Shown: positions 15,467-24,842, numbered from the stretch's first letter. The stretch: 37,543 bases of DNA from a bacterium (GCA_031441465.1 JANOEP010000073.1:1-37543); one strand, 5' to 3'. Made by a program: numbers and translations. Notes: generated from the sequence alone by a model not told the origin.

Positions 15467-18400
15467 ATGCCGCGAACCCGCCTGCGCCGATCAATCGCCC
15501 GCCTGCTGCCGTTGCTGATCCCCGCCGCCGTCTGGGCCGGGGTGATCGAGGACTTCGACGGCGCCGCCCCCGAACTCGTGGGCTACCCGGGCGAGGCCGG
15601 GGATCCCGGCGCCTGGGCGCTGGTGACGCCGGGCGACGGCGGCGGCGGCCAGGCCCTGCGGATCAACGGCAACCTCTGGCTCGTGCAGACCATGGCCCCC
15701 CGCGCCCTGGCCGACAGCACCGTCTGGAGCGTCGCCGTTTCCGCCGACACCAAGGGCGAAGTCCAGGCCATCGGTTTCGGGGACGGGGTCCACGAACTCT
15801 TCTACACCTTCGCCGGCCGCGACCTGCCCGCCGCGACGAACTGGTGGACCGTCTACCAGGGATCCCTCTCGCTCGGCGCCTGGCACGACTACCTGCTGCC
15901 GGTGGGCGAGGACTGGCGGGCGACCTTCGGCGAGCTGCCCGTGATCGACCGGGTGATCTACGTGAACGACGCGGACGCGGGCACGGTCGGCGTCACGCGC
16001 TTCGATTCCCTCGCCGACGTCTCCGGCGAGCTGCCGAGGGCACCGCAGGTGGAAATCCTCTATGCCGTGGAGTCGTCGGTGAAGGTCGCCGGCGACCTGT
16101 ACCGCCTGTCGGCGCAGTTCCAGGCCACGGTCTTCGATCCGGACTCCGACACACACGCCTGGCGGTGGGACTTCGGCGACGGCACGAGCAGCGCCGAGCC
16201 GGTCGTCGTGCACGAGTTCCTCGTCCACGCCGACCACCCCTACACCGTCAGCGTGGCCGTGACCGACCCCGACGGCCTCTGCGGCGGCGACACCTGCCAG
16301 GTGGTCGTCCACCCCGGCGGCGACGACCTGCCGCTGACGGTGAACTTCGTGGGCGACGTCTTCACCGGCCGGGGCTACGAGTCCGCGGGCGGCATCATCG
16401 ACACCCAGGGGATCGAGGCCCTGTTCGCGCCGACGCGCCCGATCTTCGGCGACGCCGCCGACGTCAACGTCTGCAACCTCGAGGTCAGCTACAACGACCG
16501 CGGCACGCCGCACCCCACCAAGAGCGTGGTCTTCCGCAGCCGGCCCGAGAACATCGCGGGCCTCGCCTACGCCGGCGTCGACCTGGTGACCATCGGCAAC
16601 AACCACATCATCGACTACGGCGAGATCGGCATGCTCGACACCATGGACGGGCTCGAGAGCCTGGGCATCCCCTGGTGCGGCGCCGGGAGCAACGAGACCT
16701 TCGCCCTGCAGCCCGCCTTCTGGACCGAGCGCGGCGTCCGCCTCGGGTTCGTCGGCCTCTGCGACCGCACCGGCCGCCAGTGGAACTTCCAGCCCTTCCT
16801 GGACGCCGGCGCCAGCAAGCCCGGTTTCGCCCACCTGCTGCCGGACAACCTCGAGAAGACGATCGCCGCCACCGCCGACCTGTCCGACCTCGTCATCGTC
16901 CAGAGCCATAGCGGCGACGAGTACCAGCTCGCGCCGCCGCCCGGCGCGCTGGGGCGCTGGGCCGGTCCGGACGATTCGGTCGACGTCGAGACCGCCGTGC
17001 CGGACCCCGACGCGCCCGAGTTCCGCTTCCTCAACGAGCCGACCCCCGGCGAGCGCGCGCTGCGGCGGCAGGCCATCGATCTGGGCGCCGACGCGATGAT
17101 CAACCACCACCCCCACGTCCTGCAGGGCTTCGAGTCCTACCGGGGCAAGCTCATCGCCCACAGCCTCGGCAACTTCGTCTTCGACCTGACCTATGCCGAG
17201 ACCATGCCGACGCTCGTGCTGACCCTGGAGATGGACAAACACGGCATCACCGGCCAACGCTTCACGCCCGCCTTCATCGATGACTGGATCCCCCGGCCGG
17301 CGACCGGCAACCTCGGGCGCGAGATCATCGGCTGGCTGGCCGAGGCGTCGCGCCCGATGAACGCGATCGTCGTGCCGCTGGCCGGCAAGAGCGAGGCGCG
17401 CATCCTGCTGTCGCGCGCCGACGCCGACTCGACGGTGACCTCCCACGAGACGGCCTTCGACCTGACGGTGCAGGACGGCTACGAGGTGTCGCCGCCGCTG
17501 GCGCTCGTGCCCGAGGGCGATCTCTCGCAGGTGCTGGAGGTCCTCGGCGGCGCGACGGGCGGCTGGGAGGTGGCGTGGGGCCGCGAGCTGCTCTGGCACA
17601 CGGGCTTCGAGGACGAGGGGGCCGACTTCTGGGAAGTGAACTCGTCCGACGAGTGGATCGCCGCCGACGAGGCCCACGGCGGCGCGCGCAGCCTCTGCCT
17701 GCGCCGCGATGCCGGTGACGGGGTGCAGACCGGTTCGGACCTCGAACGGCACCTGCCCTGCCGGGCGGACCGGCGCCACTCGGCCGTCGGCTGGCTGAAG
17801 GCCGACAACGCCGGCCAGGCGCGTTCGATGGTGCGCTTCTACGACAGCCGCTCGTCCGAGAGCCCGCTGTCGAGCACCGACCTGGCCGCACGGGTCGACG
17901 GCAGTTACGGCTGGACGCACCAGTGGCGCGACCTGGCGACGCCCGCCGGCGCGGTCTACTTCGAGCTGCGCTGCGGCCTGGAGCCGCCGGCCTCGGGCAC
18001 GGCCCTGGCCTGGTTCGACGACCTCGCGCTGATCGAGTGGGAACCGTGGCAGGCCGTGGACGAGCCCCTGAAGATCCCGGCGCCGAACAACTACCGCTTC
18101 CTGCAGGTCCGCCGCGCCGGCGCGGGCGCCGGCTCCGGCGTGGTCCGTTTCACGCAGACGTTCTATGCCGGGGTGGTCCCGACCGACGCGGGGGGCGACG
18201 ACCTCCCGGCGCCGCGAAGCCGCCTGAGCTGTCACCCCAACCCCTTCAACCCGCGCACGACCATCGACCTGGTCATGCCGGGCGACGGGGCCGCCGTGCG
18301 TGTCGACCTGGAAGTCTACGATCTGCGGGGTCGCTGCGCGTCCACACTCTTCAGCGGCGCCTTGGTGGGCGGGCAACGCTACGGTTTCACCTGGGACGGT

Positions 18401-18499
18401 ACGGATGACCACGGCCGGAGCCTCGCGGCGGGCGTCTACTTCTGTCGGGCCAGGATGGGTGCGGCGGTGCAGGTATTGAAGCTGACGCTCGTCCGATGA
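15467..18499 (+). CDS. Secreted CapA/PGA_cap metallophosphoesterase-family protein with PKD domain, carbohydrate-binding-like domains and FlgD-Ig C-terminus
   Basis: Signal peptide. PKD: WDFGDG. CapA: FVGDV, NLE, GNNHIIDYG, HSGDEY, HHPHVLQ, SLGNFVFD. C-terminus PNPFNP...WDGTDDHG...LTLVR. Confidence 0.9.
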   Translation: MPRTRLRRSIARLLPLLIPAAVWAGVIEDFDGAAPELVGYPGEAGDPGAWALVTPGDGGGGQALRINGNLWLVQTMAPRALADSTVWSVAVSADTKGEVQAIGFGDGVHELFYTFAGRDLPAATNWWTVYQGSLSLGAWHDYLLPVGEDWRATFGELPVIDRVIYVNDADAGTVGVTRFDSLADVSGELPRAPQVEILYAVESSVKVAGDLYRLSAQFQATVFDPDSDTHAWRWDFGDGTSSAEPVVVHEFLVHADHPYTVSVAVTDPDGLCGGDTCQVVVHPGGDDLPLTVNFVGDVFTGRGYESAGGIIDTQGIEALFAPTRPIFGDAADVNVCNLEVSYNDRGTPHPTKSVVFRSRPENIAGLAYAGVDLVTIGNNHIIDYGEIGMLDTMDGLESLGIPWCGAGSNETFALQPAFWTERGVRLGFVGLCDRTGRQWNFQPFLDAGASKPGFAHLLPDNLEKTIAATADLSDLVIVQSHSGDEYQLAPPPGALGRWAGPDDSVDVETAVPDPDAPEFRFLNEPTPGERALRRQAIDLGADAMINHHPHVLQGFESYRGKLIAHSLGNFVFDLTYAETMPTLVLTLEMDKHGITGQRFTPAFIDDWIPRPATGNLGREIIGWLAEASRPMNAIVVPLAGKSEARILLSRADADSTVTSHETAFDLTVQDGYEVSPPLALVPEGDLSQVLEVLGGATGGWEVAWGRELLWHTGFEDEGADFWEVNSSDEWIAADEAHGGARSLCLRRDAGDGVQTGSDLERHLPCRADRRHSAVGWLKADNAGQARSMVRFYDSRSSESPLSSTDLAARVDGSYGWTHQWRDLATPAGAVYFELRCGLEPPASGTALAWFDDLALIEWEPWQAVDEPLKIPAPNNYRFLQVRRAGAGAGSGVVRFTQTFYAGVVPTDAGGDDLPAPRSRLSCHPNPFNPRTTIDLVMPGDGAAVRVDLEVYDLRGRCASTLFSGALVGGQRYGFTWDGTDDHGRSLAAGVYFCRARMGAAVQVLKLTLVR

Positions 18500-18553
18500 C
18501 CGCCGCCTGATGTTCCGGCCCGGCCGCCGTCAACGACGGCAGGGCCGGACCGT

Positions 18554-20368
18554 TCAGCGCACCAACAGCATCTTGACGCTCTCGACCGTCTTGCCGCTCC
18601 GCACACAGGCGACGTAGGCGCCCGAGGGCATTTCGCCACCGTCGCGGTCGCGCCCGTCCCATTCGACGGTGTGACGACCGGCGGGCAGCTCCCGGTCCAG
18701 CAGCGTTGTCACGACACGGCCGACCAGATCGGTCACGGTTACCGTGTGCCGCCCCGCGACGGTCGCCGTGAACGCGATCGTGGTGCGGGGGTTGAAGGGA
18801 TTGGGCACGTTCGGTTCGACGGTCAGTTCCAGCCGCGGCGTGGCGCCCCTTGCGTCGGGTGCGCCGGTCGGGCTGGCGCCGACGGCGAGCAGGTAATCCT
18901 CGGTCTCGCCGTCCAGGAATGCGCCCGCGCCGTCCCAATCCGTGGGCACCGGCGTTTCGCTCAGGGTGAAACGGACCCACACCGGACCCGCGAGGTAACC
19001 GGCCAGGAAGCCCGGCGGCGACAACAGCGACAAGGGACCGCTGAAGCCCGCGGGCACGACCTGGTTGACCAGGATGTGCTCGGACCCGATGCTCCCGTTC
19101 GGGCAGGTGAACAGGTTCGGCGTCCAGGTGCCGTCCCTGCTCCAGTCCGCCAACACGTTCACGTACTGGTCCCGGCCCGCGTTGTTGGTCACCTCGATGT
19201 CGATTTCCGATCCCCAGTCGGCGACACTGCAGACCGGTCCGAGCGATCCGCCCGCGCTCGCGGGGCAGCGCTCCACGCCGCCCGCCTCCAGGGTGAAGGG
19301 CTGGGGTGTGATGAGCCCCGGGTCCCGGCCCGGTGTGCCCGGCAGCTCGAAGCACTCGTCCTGGTCGTAGGGGCCCGGCGGGCAGAGGCCGGCGTTGCCG
19401 TCCAGTTCGTAGTCCAGAAGATCACCGAACCACGACAGACCCGCGGTCTGGTGGTGGATGTAGCCGACCGTGCCGCCGACGCAGGTCGGGAACAGGCCGA
19501 TCACGCCGGGGTAGGCTTCGACGTCCTCGGGAGCGTCGCCCAACTCGCCGAGACCGGGGCCGCCGCCGCCGCCCTCCGGAGCGATCGCGAAGAGGTAGTC
19601 CTCGGTCTCACCCGAGTCGAACACCCCGTCCCCCTGCCAGCCGAGCGGGATCGCGGGGAATTCGTCGCTGATGGTGAAACGGGCCCACACGAAGCCCGGG
19701 TTCGGCCCGATCAGGAAGGAAGGCGGCAGCAGGAACGAGAGCGGTCCCGAGAACAGACCCGGCACGCGCAGGTTCACGACGGCGTGCTCGGGAACGGCGT
19801 CGGGTCCGCACGCCGACTGGCCGCCCCACTGGCCGTCCTGGTTCCAGTCGAACAGGATGTTCACGACCATGTCGTCGAAACTCTGATTGCTCAACATCAG
19901 GTCCAGGTTGCCCATGGGTCCCCAGGACGCGAGTGAGCACGCGGGCCCCAGCGCTCGGGGCGTCGGGGAGCCGCTGCAGGGCACGGGCAGCCCCGCGATG
20001 ATCGTGAAAGCGTCCGGGAAGATCAGGCCGGCATCGCCATCCAGGGGAGCCCAGCACTCGTCGTTCTCGTAGAGACCGGGTGGGCAGCTGTCGGCGTTGC
20101 CGTCGTGCTCAGGGTCCATGGTCGCGCCCCAGAAGAGGAACGGCGCGGTGTTGAAGTGCCGGATGTAGCCGACCGAACCGGCGTAACAGGTTGGGAACAA
20201 ACCGATCACGCCTGGGTAGGCCTCGCTGCCCTCGGGGGCGTCGCCGTATTCACCGATGGTGGGGTCGGGCTGGGCCGGCAGGAGCGAGGGCGCTAGCAGG
20301 ACGAGGCAGATGAGGGCAAAACACCGGCAGAACGGTGAATGTGACCAAGGTGGCGGCTGGGATTTCAT
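18554..20368 (-). CDS. Secreted protein with two GEVED-type repeats and FlgD-Ig C-terminal domain
   Basis: Two copies of GE[YL]GDAPE..EAYPGVIGLFPTC...DW..DG.W...W.RFT...GETEDY. C-terminus PNPFNP...WDGRD...MLLVR. GGGAGG RBS. Confidence 0.88.
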   Translation of the reverse strand: MKSQPPPWSHSPFCRCFALICLVLLAPSLLPAQPDPTIGEYGDAPEGSEAYPGVIGLFPTCYAGSVGYIRHFNTAPFLFWGATMDPEHDGNADSCPPGLYENDECWAPLDGDAGLIFPDAFTIIAGLPVPCSGSPTPRALGPACSLASWGPMGNLDLMLSNQSFDDMVVNILFDWNQDGQWGGQSACGPDAVPEHAVVNLRVPGLFSGPLSFLLPPSFLIGPNPGFVWARFTISDEFPAIPLGWQGDGVFDSGETEDYLFAIAPEGGGGGPGLGELGDAPEDVEAYPGVIGLFPTCVGGTVGYIHHQTAGLSWFGDLLDYELDGNAGLCPPGPYDQDECFELPGTPGRDPGLITPQPFTLEAGGVERCPASAGGSLGPVCSVADWGSEIDIEVTNNAGRDQYVNVLADWSRDGTWTPNLFTCPNGSIGSEHILVNQVVPAGFSGPLSLLSPPGFLAGYLAGPVWVRFTLSETPVPTDWDGAGAFLDGETEDYLLAVGASPTGAPDARGATPRLELTVEPNVPNPFNPRTTIAFTATVAGRHTVTVTDLVGRVVTTLLDRELPAGRHTVEWDGRDRDGGEMPSGAYVACVRSGKTVESVKMLLVR

Positions 20369-20776
20369 GGCGACCCTCCCTAGCGAGCGGGAACGAGGTT
20401 ATAAATCAGGGGCAATATAATCCTGTTTCGATCCTAGCATTTTTTGGGCGGTTCTGTAAATATCGTATATATTTAATATGATAGATGGGCGCCGGGGGTA
20501 ACCGGACGCTGGCGGGACCCGCTAAGATAATTCTAGGTGATTCCCAAAATCCGGTGTATCCTACCCGTGCTCCGGGCTGTGGCCCCATGGTCGCCCAGGA
20601 GCCGTCTGAATGCGTGATCCCCGGCCGCGCGCCGGGCTTCGAGATTCCCCCGACCATCGGGGGATGTGATCCGGCGGACTGCCGGATCAGTTTCGAGCAC
20701 GAGGGGTCTACCGGAGATAGCCGGCGGCCCTAGGTGCTTTTGCACGCCGGGTAGCCGGCATCCGAGGTGGAAGAGT

Positions 20777-21163
20777 ATGAAGAAGATCTACGTGGGTAAC
20801 CTGCCGTTCTCCGCGACCGAGGACCAGGTGACCAAGCTGTTCGAGCAGCATGGCGCCGTGCACTCGGTGGCACTGATCACCGATCGTGAGACCGGCCGGC
20901 CCCGCGGCTTCGGTTTCGTGGAGATGGACGACAGCGCGGCCATGGCCGCGATTTCGGCCCTCGACGGTCACAGCATGGACGGCCGTAACCTGAGCGTCAA
21001 CGAGGCCCAGGACCGTCCGAAGCGCACCGGCGGCGGCGGCGGCGGCTTCGGTGGCGGCGGCGGCGGCGGTCGCAGTGGCGGCGGCGGCGGCGGCGGCTAC
21101 GGCGGTGGCAGTGGCGGCGGCGGTGGCCGCAGCGGCGGCGATCGCGGCGGCCGCGGCTGGTAA
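20777..21163 (+). CDS. RRM RNA-binding protein with Gly-rich tail
   Basis: RNP2 IYVGNL, RNP1 RGFGFVEM, GGC-repeat Gly/Arg tail. Confidence 0.95.
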   Translation: MKKIYVGNLPFSATEDQVTKLFEQHGAVHSVALITDRETGRPRGFGFVEMDDSAAMAAISALDGHSMDGRNLSVNEAQDRPKRTGGGGGGFGGGGGGGRSGGGGGGGYGGGSGGGGGRSGGDRGGRGW

Positions 21164-21191
21164 TCCAGCTGGTCGACCGATAGACGTCCAC

Positions 21192-21228
21192 GGACCCCGC
21201 TCCTGTTTTCAGGGGCGGGGTTCTTTAA
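21192..21228 (+). terminator. Rho-independent terminator after the RRM gene
   Basis: GACCCCGCTCCTG-TTTT-CAGGGGCGGGGTT followed by CTTT. Confidence 0.7.
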
Positions 21229-21286
21229 GTTAGACCAGCCCGGCACATTTTCGACGGCACGAATCTCGTTGTGAAGACCCTGCCGC

Positions 21287-21322
21287 AAAGCAGAGGCGCC
21301 GCCGCTTGCGCGACGGCGCCCC
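21287..21322 (-). terminator. Terminator of the candidate sRNA
   Basis: Minus strand GGGGCGCCGTCGC-GCAA-GCGGCGGCGCCTC then TGCTTT (GNRA tetraloop). Confidence 0.6.
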
Positions 21323-21550
21323 GTATGGATCAGCTTCGGTGGCGCTGGGTTCCCCCGCTCGGGGCTAGCCAGCGAACCACGTCCGGGAGTGTCCCCTCAA
21401 CGCAGGGGCGCCACCTCCGCCGAGCCGCATCTTTCAGAACTCACTGGATCACCTCCTATTCGGGCGAACCATCGTCGGCGAGTCCCATCTCGCCCGGCTC
21501 CCCCAGCCGCCCTGGCCTCGGGAACCGCCGCTTCGATGCGCGGATGTCAT
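21287..21550 (-). ncRNA. Candidate ~260-nt structured sRNA / small-ORF transcript
   Basis: Bracketed by a sigma70 promoter and a terminator, with internal long hairpins. Contains AGGAGGTGATCCAG followed by a 15-aa ORF (21444-21397). Confidence 0.5.
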
Positions 21551-21556
21551 GGCTTG

Positions 21557-21585
21557 ATTCTACGGGATCTCTCTCTTGTCGGCAA
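21557..21585 (-). promoter_or_regulatory. Sigma70 promoter of the candidate sRNA
   Basis: TTGCCG (21585-21580), 17 nt, TAGAAT (21562-21557). Confidence 0.6.
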
Positions 21586-21676
21586 GCCCCCTGTCGGAGG
21601 TGGGGGTTGCGCGCCTCCGTGTCCGGGACCATCGTGAAGCCGGGAGCTGCGCCTGTCCGCCCCGAGCCGCAGGAAT

Positions 21677-22543
21677 ATGGTGACCGACCAACTGATCCGC
21701 CTCGCCGCCGCCTGCCTGCACCGTGGGGAAGAACCGCCGCTGGGGGGCGGGCGTCCGGTCGGCAACCTGTTCTTCGCCGGCTGCAACCTGCGCTGCGGCT
21801 TCTGCCAAAACCACCAGATCAGCCACCACCCCGAGGCGGGCGCGCCGATCACGCCGGCGGAGTGCGCGGAGCGGATGCTGCAACTGGCCGCGGCCGGCGC
21901 CGGCGCGATCGGGCTGGTCACGCCCACGCACCAAGGCGCCGCGGTGGCCCGCGCCGTGGAATCGGCGCGACTGCAGGGGCTCGACCTGCCGGTGATCTAC
22001 AATTCCAACGGCACCGACGGGCCGACCGTGCTGGCGCGTTTCGACGGCTTGGTCGATGTGTACCTGCCGGACTTCAAGTACGGCTCCGACGCCATCGCCC
22101 AGGACCTGTCGCGGGTGAGCGGTTACGTCACGCGGGCGCACCGCGCCGTGACGATCATGCACGCGCAGGTCGGCCACTTGCCCGACGACCAGGCCGAGGG
22201 GGAGGCGCGTCGCGGGCTGATCGTGCGCCATCTGGTCCTGCCCGGGGGTCTGGCCGGCACCGCGCGCGTCGCGCGGGAACTCGTCGGCGCCGTCGGCGAC
22301 GGCCTGTGGCTCTCGCTGATGGCGCAGTACCACCCCGCCGCGTTGGCGCACACCGACGCCGGCCGCGCCCTGGCCCGTCTCCACCCCGAATTGACGCGAT
22401 CGATCGCGACCGCCGAATACGAACAGGCCCTGCAGGATGTCGAAGACGCGGGCCTGTACCGGCTGTTCACCCAGGATCCCGGCTCAGCCCCCGCCGAGGG
22501 CCGGCCCGACTTCGACCGCCCCGACCCCTTCCGCTGGAGTTAG
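21677..22543 (+). CDS. Radical SAM protein, PflX-like (putative PFL-activating-enzyme family)
   Basis: HRGEEPP, FFAGCNLRCGFCQNHQIS (CxxxCxxC), VTPTH, YNSNG, DVYLPDFKY, GLIVRHLVLPG, MAQYHP. Confidence 0.88.
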   Translation: MVTDQLIRLAAACLHRGEEPPLGGGRPVGNLFFAGCNLRCGFCQNHQISHHPEAGAPITPAECAERMLQLAAAGAGAIGLVTPTHQGAAVARAVESARLQGLDLPVIYNSNGTDGPTVLARFDGLVDVYLPDFKYGSDAIAQDLSRVSGYVTRAHRAVTIMHAQVGHLPDDQAEGEARRGLIVRHLVLPGGLAGTARVARELVGAVGDGLWLSLMAQYHPAALAHTDAGRALARLHPELTRSIATAEYEQALQDVEDAGLYRLFTQDPGSAPAEGRPDFDRPDPFRWS

Positions 22544-22637
22544 CGGTCGGTTGGCGCGGCGACCGGCCGGCGTGGTATACTGATCGGTGCCGACCCTCGC
22601 CGCCACACCATGACCGACACCCGAGCAGGGAGCCGAC

Positions 22638-23810
22638 GTGCTGCATTCAGAACGGAACCCCGCCTTCGCCGTGCGCTTCAGCCTGACGATCTGCGGCCTG
22701 ATCATCCTGGCCGCGACGACCGTCGCCGCCGCTCCGCCGGCGGGCTACTACGACACGGTGGTCTTCACCGACGTCGCGGCCATGCGCGCCTCGGTGCACG
22801 CCGTCATCGACGGCCACGTGAAGATCCCCTACACGTCGGCCTCGACCGACACCTGGAACGTGCTGGAACTGGCGGACGAGGATCCGTACAACGCGACCCG
22901 CATCCTCGACCTCTATCAGAACCGCGTCTTCGCCAAGTTCGGCGGCGGCACCGGGCCCTACAACCGCGAGCACAGCTGGCCCAACAGCTACGGCTTCCCC
23001 GACGACGGGTCGACCAACAAGCCGTACACCGACTGCCACCACCTGTTCCTGTGCGACGTGGAGTACAACAGCGACCGCGGCAACAAGCCCTTCGGGGAGT
23101 GCGCGGCGAGCTGCTCGAGCGACCCGGCCGACAGCTACGACGGCGCGACCGGCGTCAACTACTACAACAACCTCGCCCCCGCCGGCGTCTGGGAGACCTG
23201 GGACGGGCGCAAGGGCGACGTGGCGCGGGCCATGTTCTACATGGACGTGCGCTACGAAGGCGATATCGGCGAGCCCGACCTGATCCTCACCGACAACGTC
23301 GCGCTGATCTCGGCCTCGGCGACCGGCAACAACGAGAGCATCGCCTACATGGGCCTGCTCACCACGCTGCTCGCCTGGAATGCGCAGGATCCCGTCGACG
23401 CCAAGGAGCAGGACCGCAACGACGTCGTGTTCTCCTACCAGGGCAACCGCAACCCCTTCATCGACCACCCCGAGTGGGTCGACGACATCTTTGCCGACGG
23501 GTTGGCCACCGGGGTCGGCGAGTTGCTCGTCGCTTTCCCCCGCATCACCGGGGCCTACCCGAACCCCTTCAACCCCTCCACCACGATCGACCTGTCCCTG
23601 CCGACTGCCGCCGCGGTTCGGCTGGACGTCTTCGGCCTCGACGGGCGCCTGGTGCGGAACCTGTGGCAGGGCACCCGCGAGGCGGGCGACTTCATGGTGA
23701 ACTGGGACGGCCGGGGGGACGCGGGCCGGGAACTGGCCAGCGGCACGTACTTCCTGCGGGCGACGGGCGCCGGCGGCGCCGACACGCACAAGCTGCAGTT
23801 GTTGAAGTAG
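22638..23810 (+). CDS. Secreted endonuclease I family nuclease with FlgD-Ig C-terminal domain
   Basis: PPAGYY, NREHSWPNS, DCHHLF, NSDRGN, KGDVARAMFYMDVRY, QGNRNPFIDHPEW. C-terminus YPNPFNP...LQLLK. Extended -10 TGGTATACT at 22573-22581. Confidence 0.93.
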   Translation: MLHSERNPAFAVRFSLTICGLIILAATTVAAAPPAGYYDTVVFTDVAAMRASVHAVIDGHVKIPYTSASTDTWNVLELADEDPYNATRILDLYQNRVFAKFGGGTGPYNREHSWPNSYGFPDDGSTNKPYTDCHHLFLCDVEYNSDRGNKPFGECAASCSSDPADSYDGATGVNYYNNLAPAGVWETWDGRKGDVARAMFYMDVRYEGDIGEPDLILTDNVALISASATGNNESIAYMGLLTTLLAWNAQDPVDAKEQDRNDVVFSYQGNRNPFIDHPEWVDDIFADGLATGVGELLVAFPRITGAYPNPFNPSTTIDLSLPTAAAVRLDVFGLDGRLVRNLWQGTREAGDFMVNWDGRGDAGRELASGTYFLRATGAGGADTHKLQLLK

Positions 23811-23813
23811 CGC

Positions 23814-24842
23814 TCAGGTGCGCCGCGGCCGCAGGCGCAGCCACAGCCCCGTGCCCAGCAGCAGCACCGCCGTCATCGGGATGCCCGAATAGAAGACCTG
23901 GTGGAACTCGCCTTCGTTGTCGTCGGGCGTGAGCATCAGGTCTTCGGTCATCTCGTCGGGGGCATAGTTGCGACGCAGCTTGGTGACGAAGTCGCCGGCG
24001 TGCAGCAGGGAGCCGAGCGTGGGATAGGCGGTCCGGATCTCCTGCAGCTCGCCGGCGGTCACCCGGTTGGCGTAGAGGGTCGTCGCGTCGGGGAAGGTCA
24101 GGCGCGCGTCCGCGACGGTGTAGAGGATCACCTCGGACGACGACGCGGCGCTGACCGAGGAGATCTCCAGGGGGTAGATCGGCTCGTTCGCGGCGAATTC
24201 CAGGCGGATCGGGTCCAGACGCCCGTACCAGTAGCCGCCCTCCATCAGCCAGTTCTCGAAAGCTTCCGGGTCGATCTTCATGGCCACGAAGTACCAGGAC
24301 CGCGCGACGTAGGAGTCGAGCACGGCCAGAGTTTCTTCCTCGTTGCCTGCGTGCAGGAAGCCCCAGGCGGTCAGGGAGTCGGCCAGCGCCGACGCGTCGT
24401 CGGCGTCGAGCACGAGCGTGCGGTACACGCCCACGACCCGGTCGTCGATGATGTCCACGTCATTGTCTTGGGGTTCGAGGTACCCGATCTCATAATCCTC
24501 CTGCGCGCAGCCCCAGGCCTCCTCGCGGGACCGCCAGGCGGGGGCCGTCAGGTCGACGGCTTCGCGGAACAGCGCGATGTCCGAGACGGCGACCTCCGGC
24601 AGGGCGGGCACGGGCACGATCCAGGCGAAGTCGTCCGACTCGCTGCGGAAGCCGGGCAGCACGTGCAGCGTCTCGGTGCCGGAAGTTCCGTCGTGGATCA
24701 CCACCGCGATCTGACCGGTCTCGTACAGCTCGTAGCCCCAGGGGGCGAGCATCATGCCGTCGGCTCGGGCCGGGGCGGCCGCGGTGACGGCGAGCGCCAG
24801 GTTCAGGACGATCGTCGCCGCGACGCAGACCCGGTTCGGCAT
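23814..24842 (-). CDS. DUF2330-domain protein (signal peptide, C-terminal TM anchor)
   Basis: FAWIVPVPALPEV, YV..SWYFVAMK, LDPIRLEF, PIYPLEISS. C-terminal hydrophobic segment plus RLRPRR. Alternative start at 24869. Confidence 0.75.
   Translation of the reverse strand: MPNRVCVAATIVLNLALAVTAAAPARADGMMLAPWGYELYETGQIAVVIHDGTSGTETLHVLPGFRSESDDFAWIVPVPALPEVAVSDIALFREAVDLTAPAWRSREEAWGCAQEDYEIGYLEPQDNDVDIIDDRVVGVYRTLVLDADDASALADSLTAWGFLHAGNEEETLAVLDSYVARSWYFVAMKIDPEAFENWLMEGGYWYGRLDPIRLEFAANEPIYPLEISSVSAASSSEVILYTVADARLTFPDATTLYANRVTAGELQEIRTAYPTLGSLLHAGDFVTKLRRNYAPDEMTEDLMLTPDDNEGEFHQVFYSGIPMTAVLLLGTGLWLRLRPRRT

Noticed and set aside
20400..20540. AT-rich patch as an insertion or origin
   Set aside because: Short and in a divergent promoter region. 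Only a 7-bp inverted repeat (20457-20475), with no DnaA-box array or mobile-element ends.
21028..21160. GGC tandem repeats as a repeat array or CRISPR
   Set aside because: They simply encode the Gly-rich RRM tail, with no repeat-spacer structure.
21444..21457. 16S rRNA fragment
   Set aside because: Only 14 nt match and the flanks are not rRNA-like. Better read as a minus-strand extended SD.
21620..21676. Sec readthrough of TGA 21635-21637 extending the radical SAM N-terminus
   Set aside because: The upstream peptide does not resemble the PflX Cys-rich N-terminus, and ATG 21677 has its own AGGA RBS.
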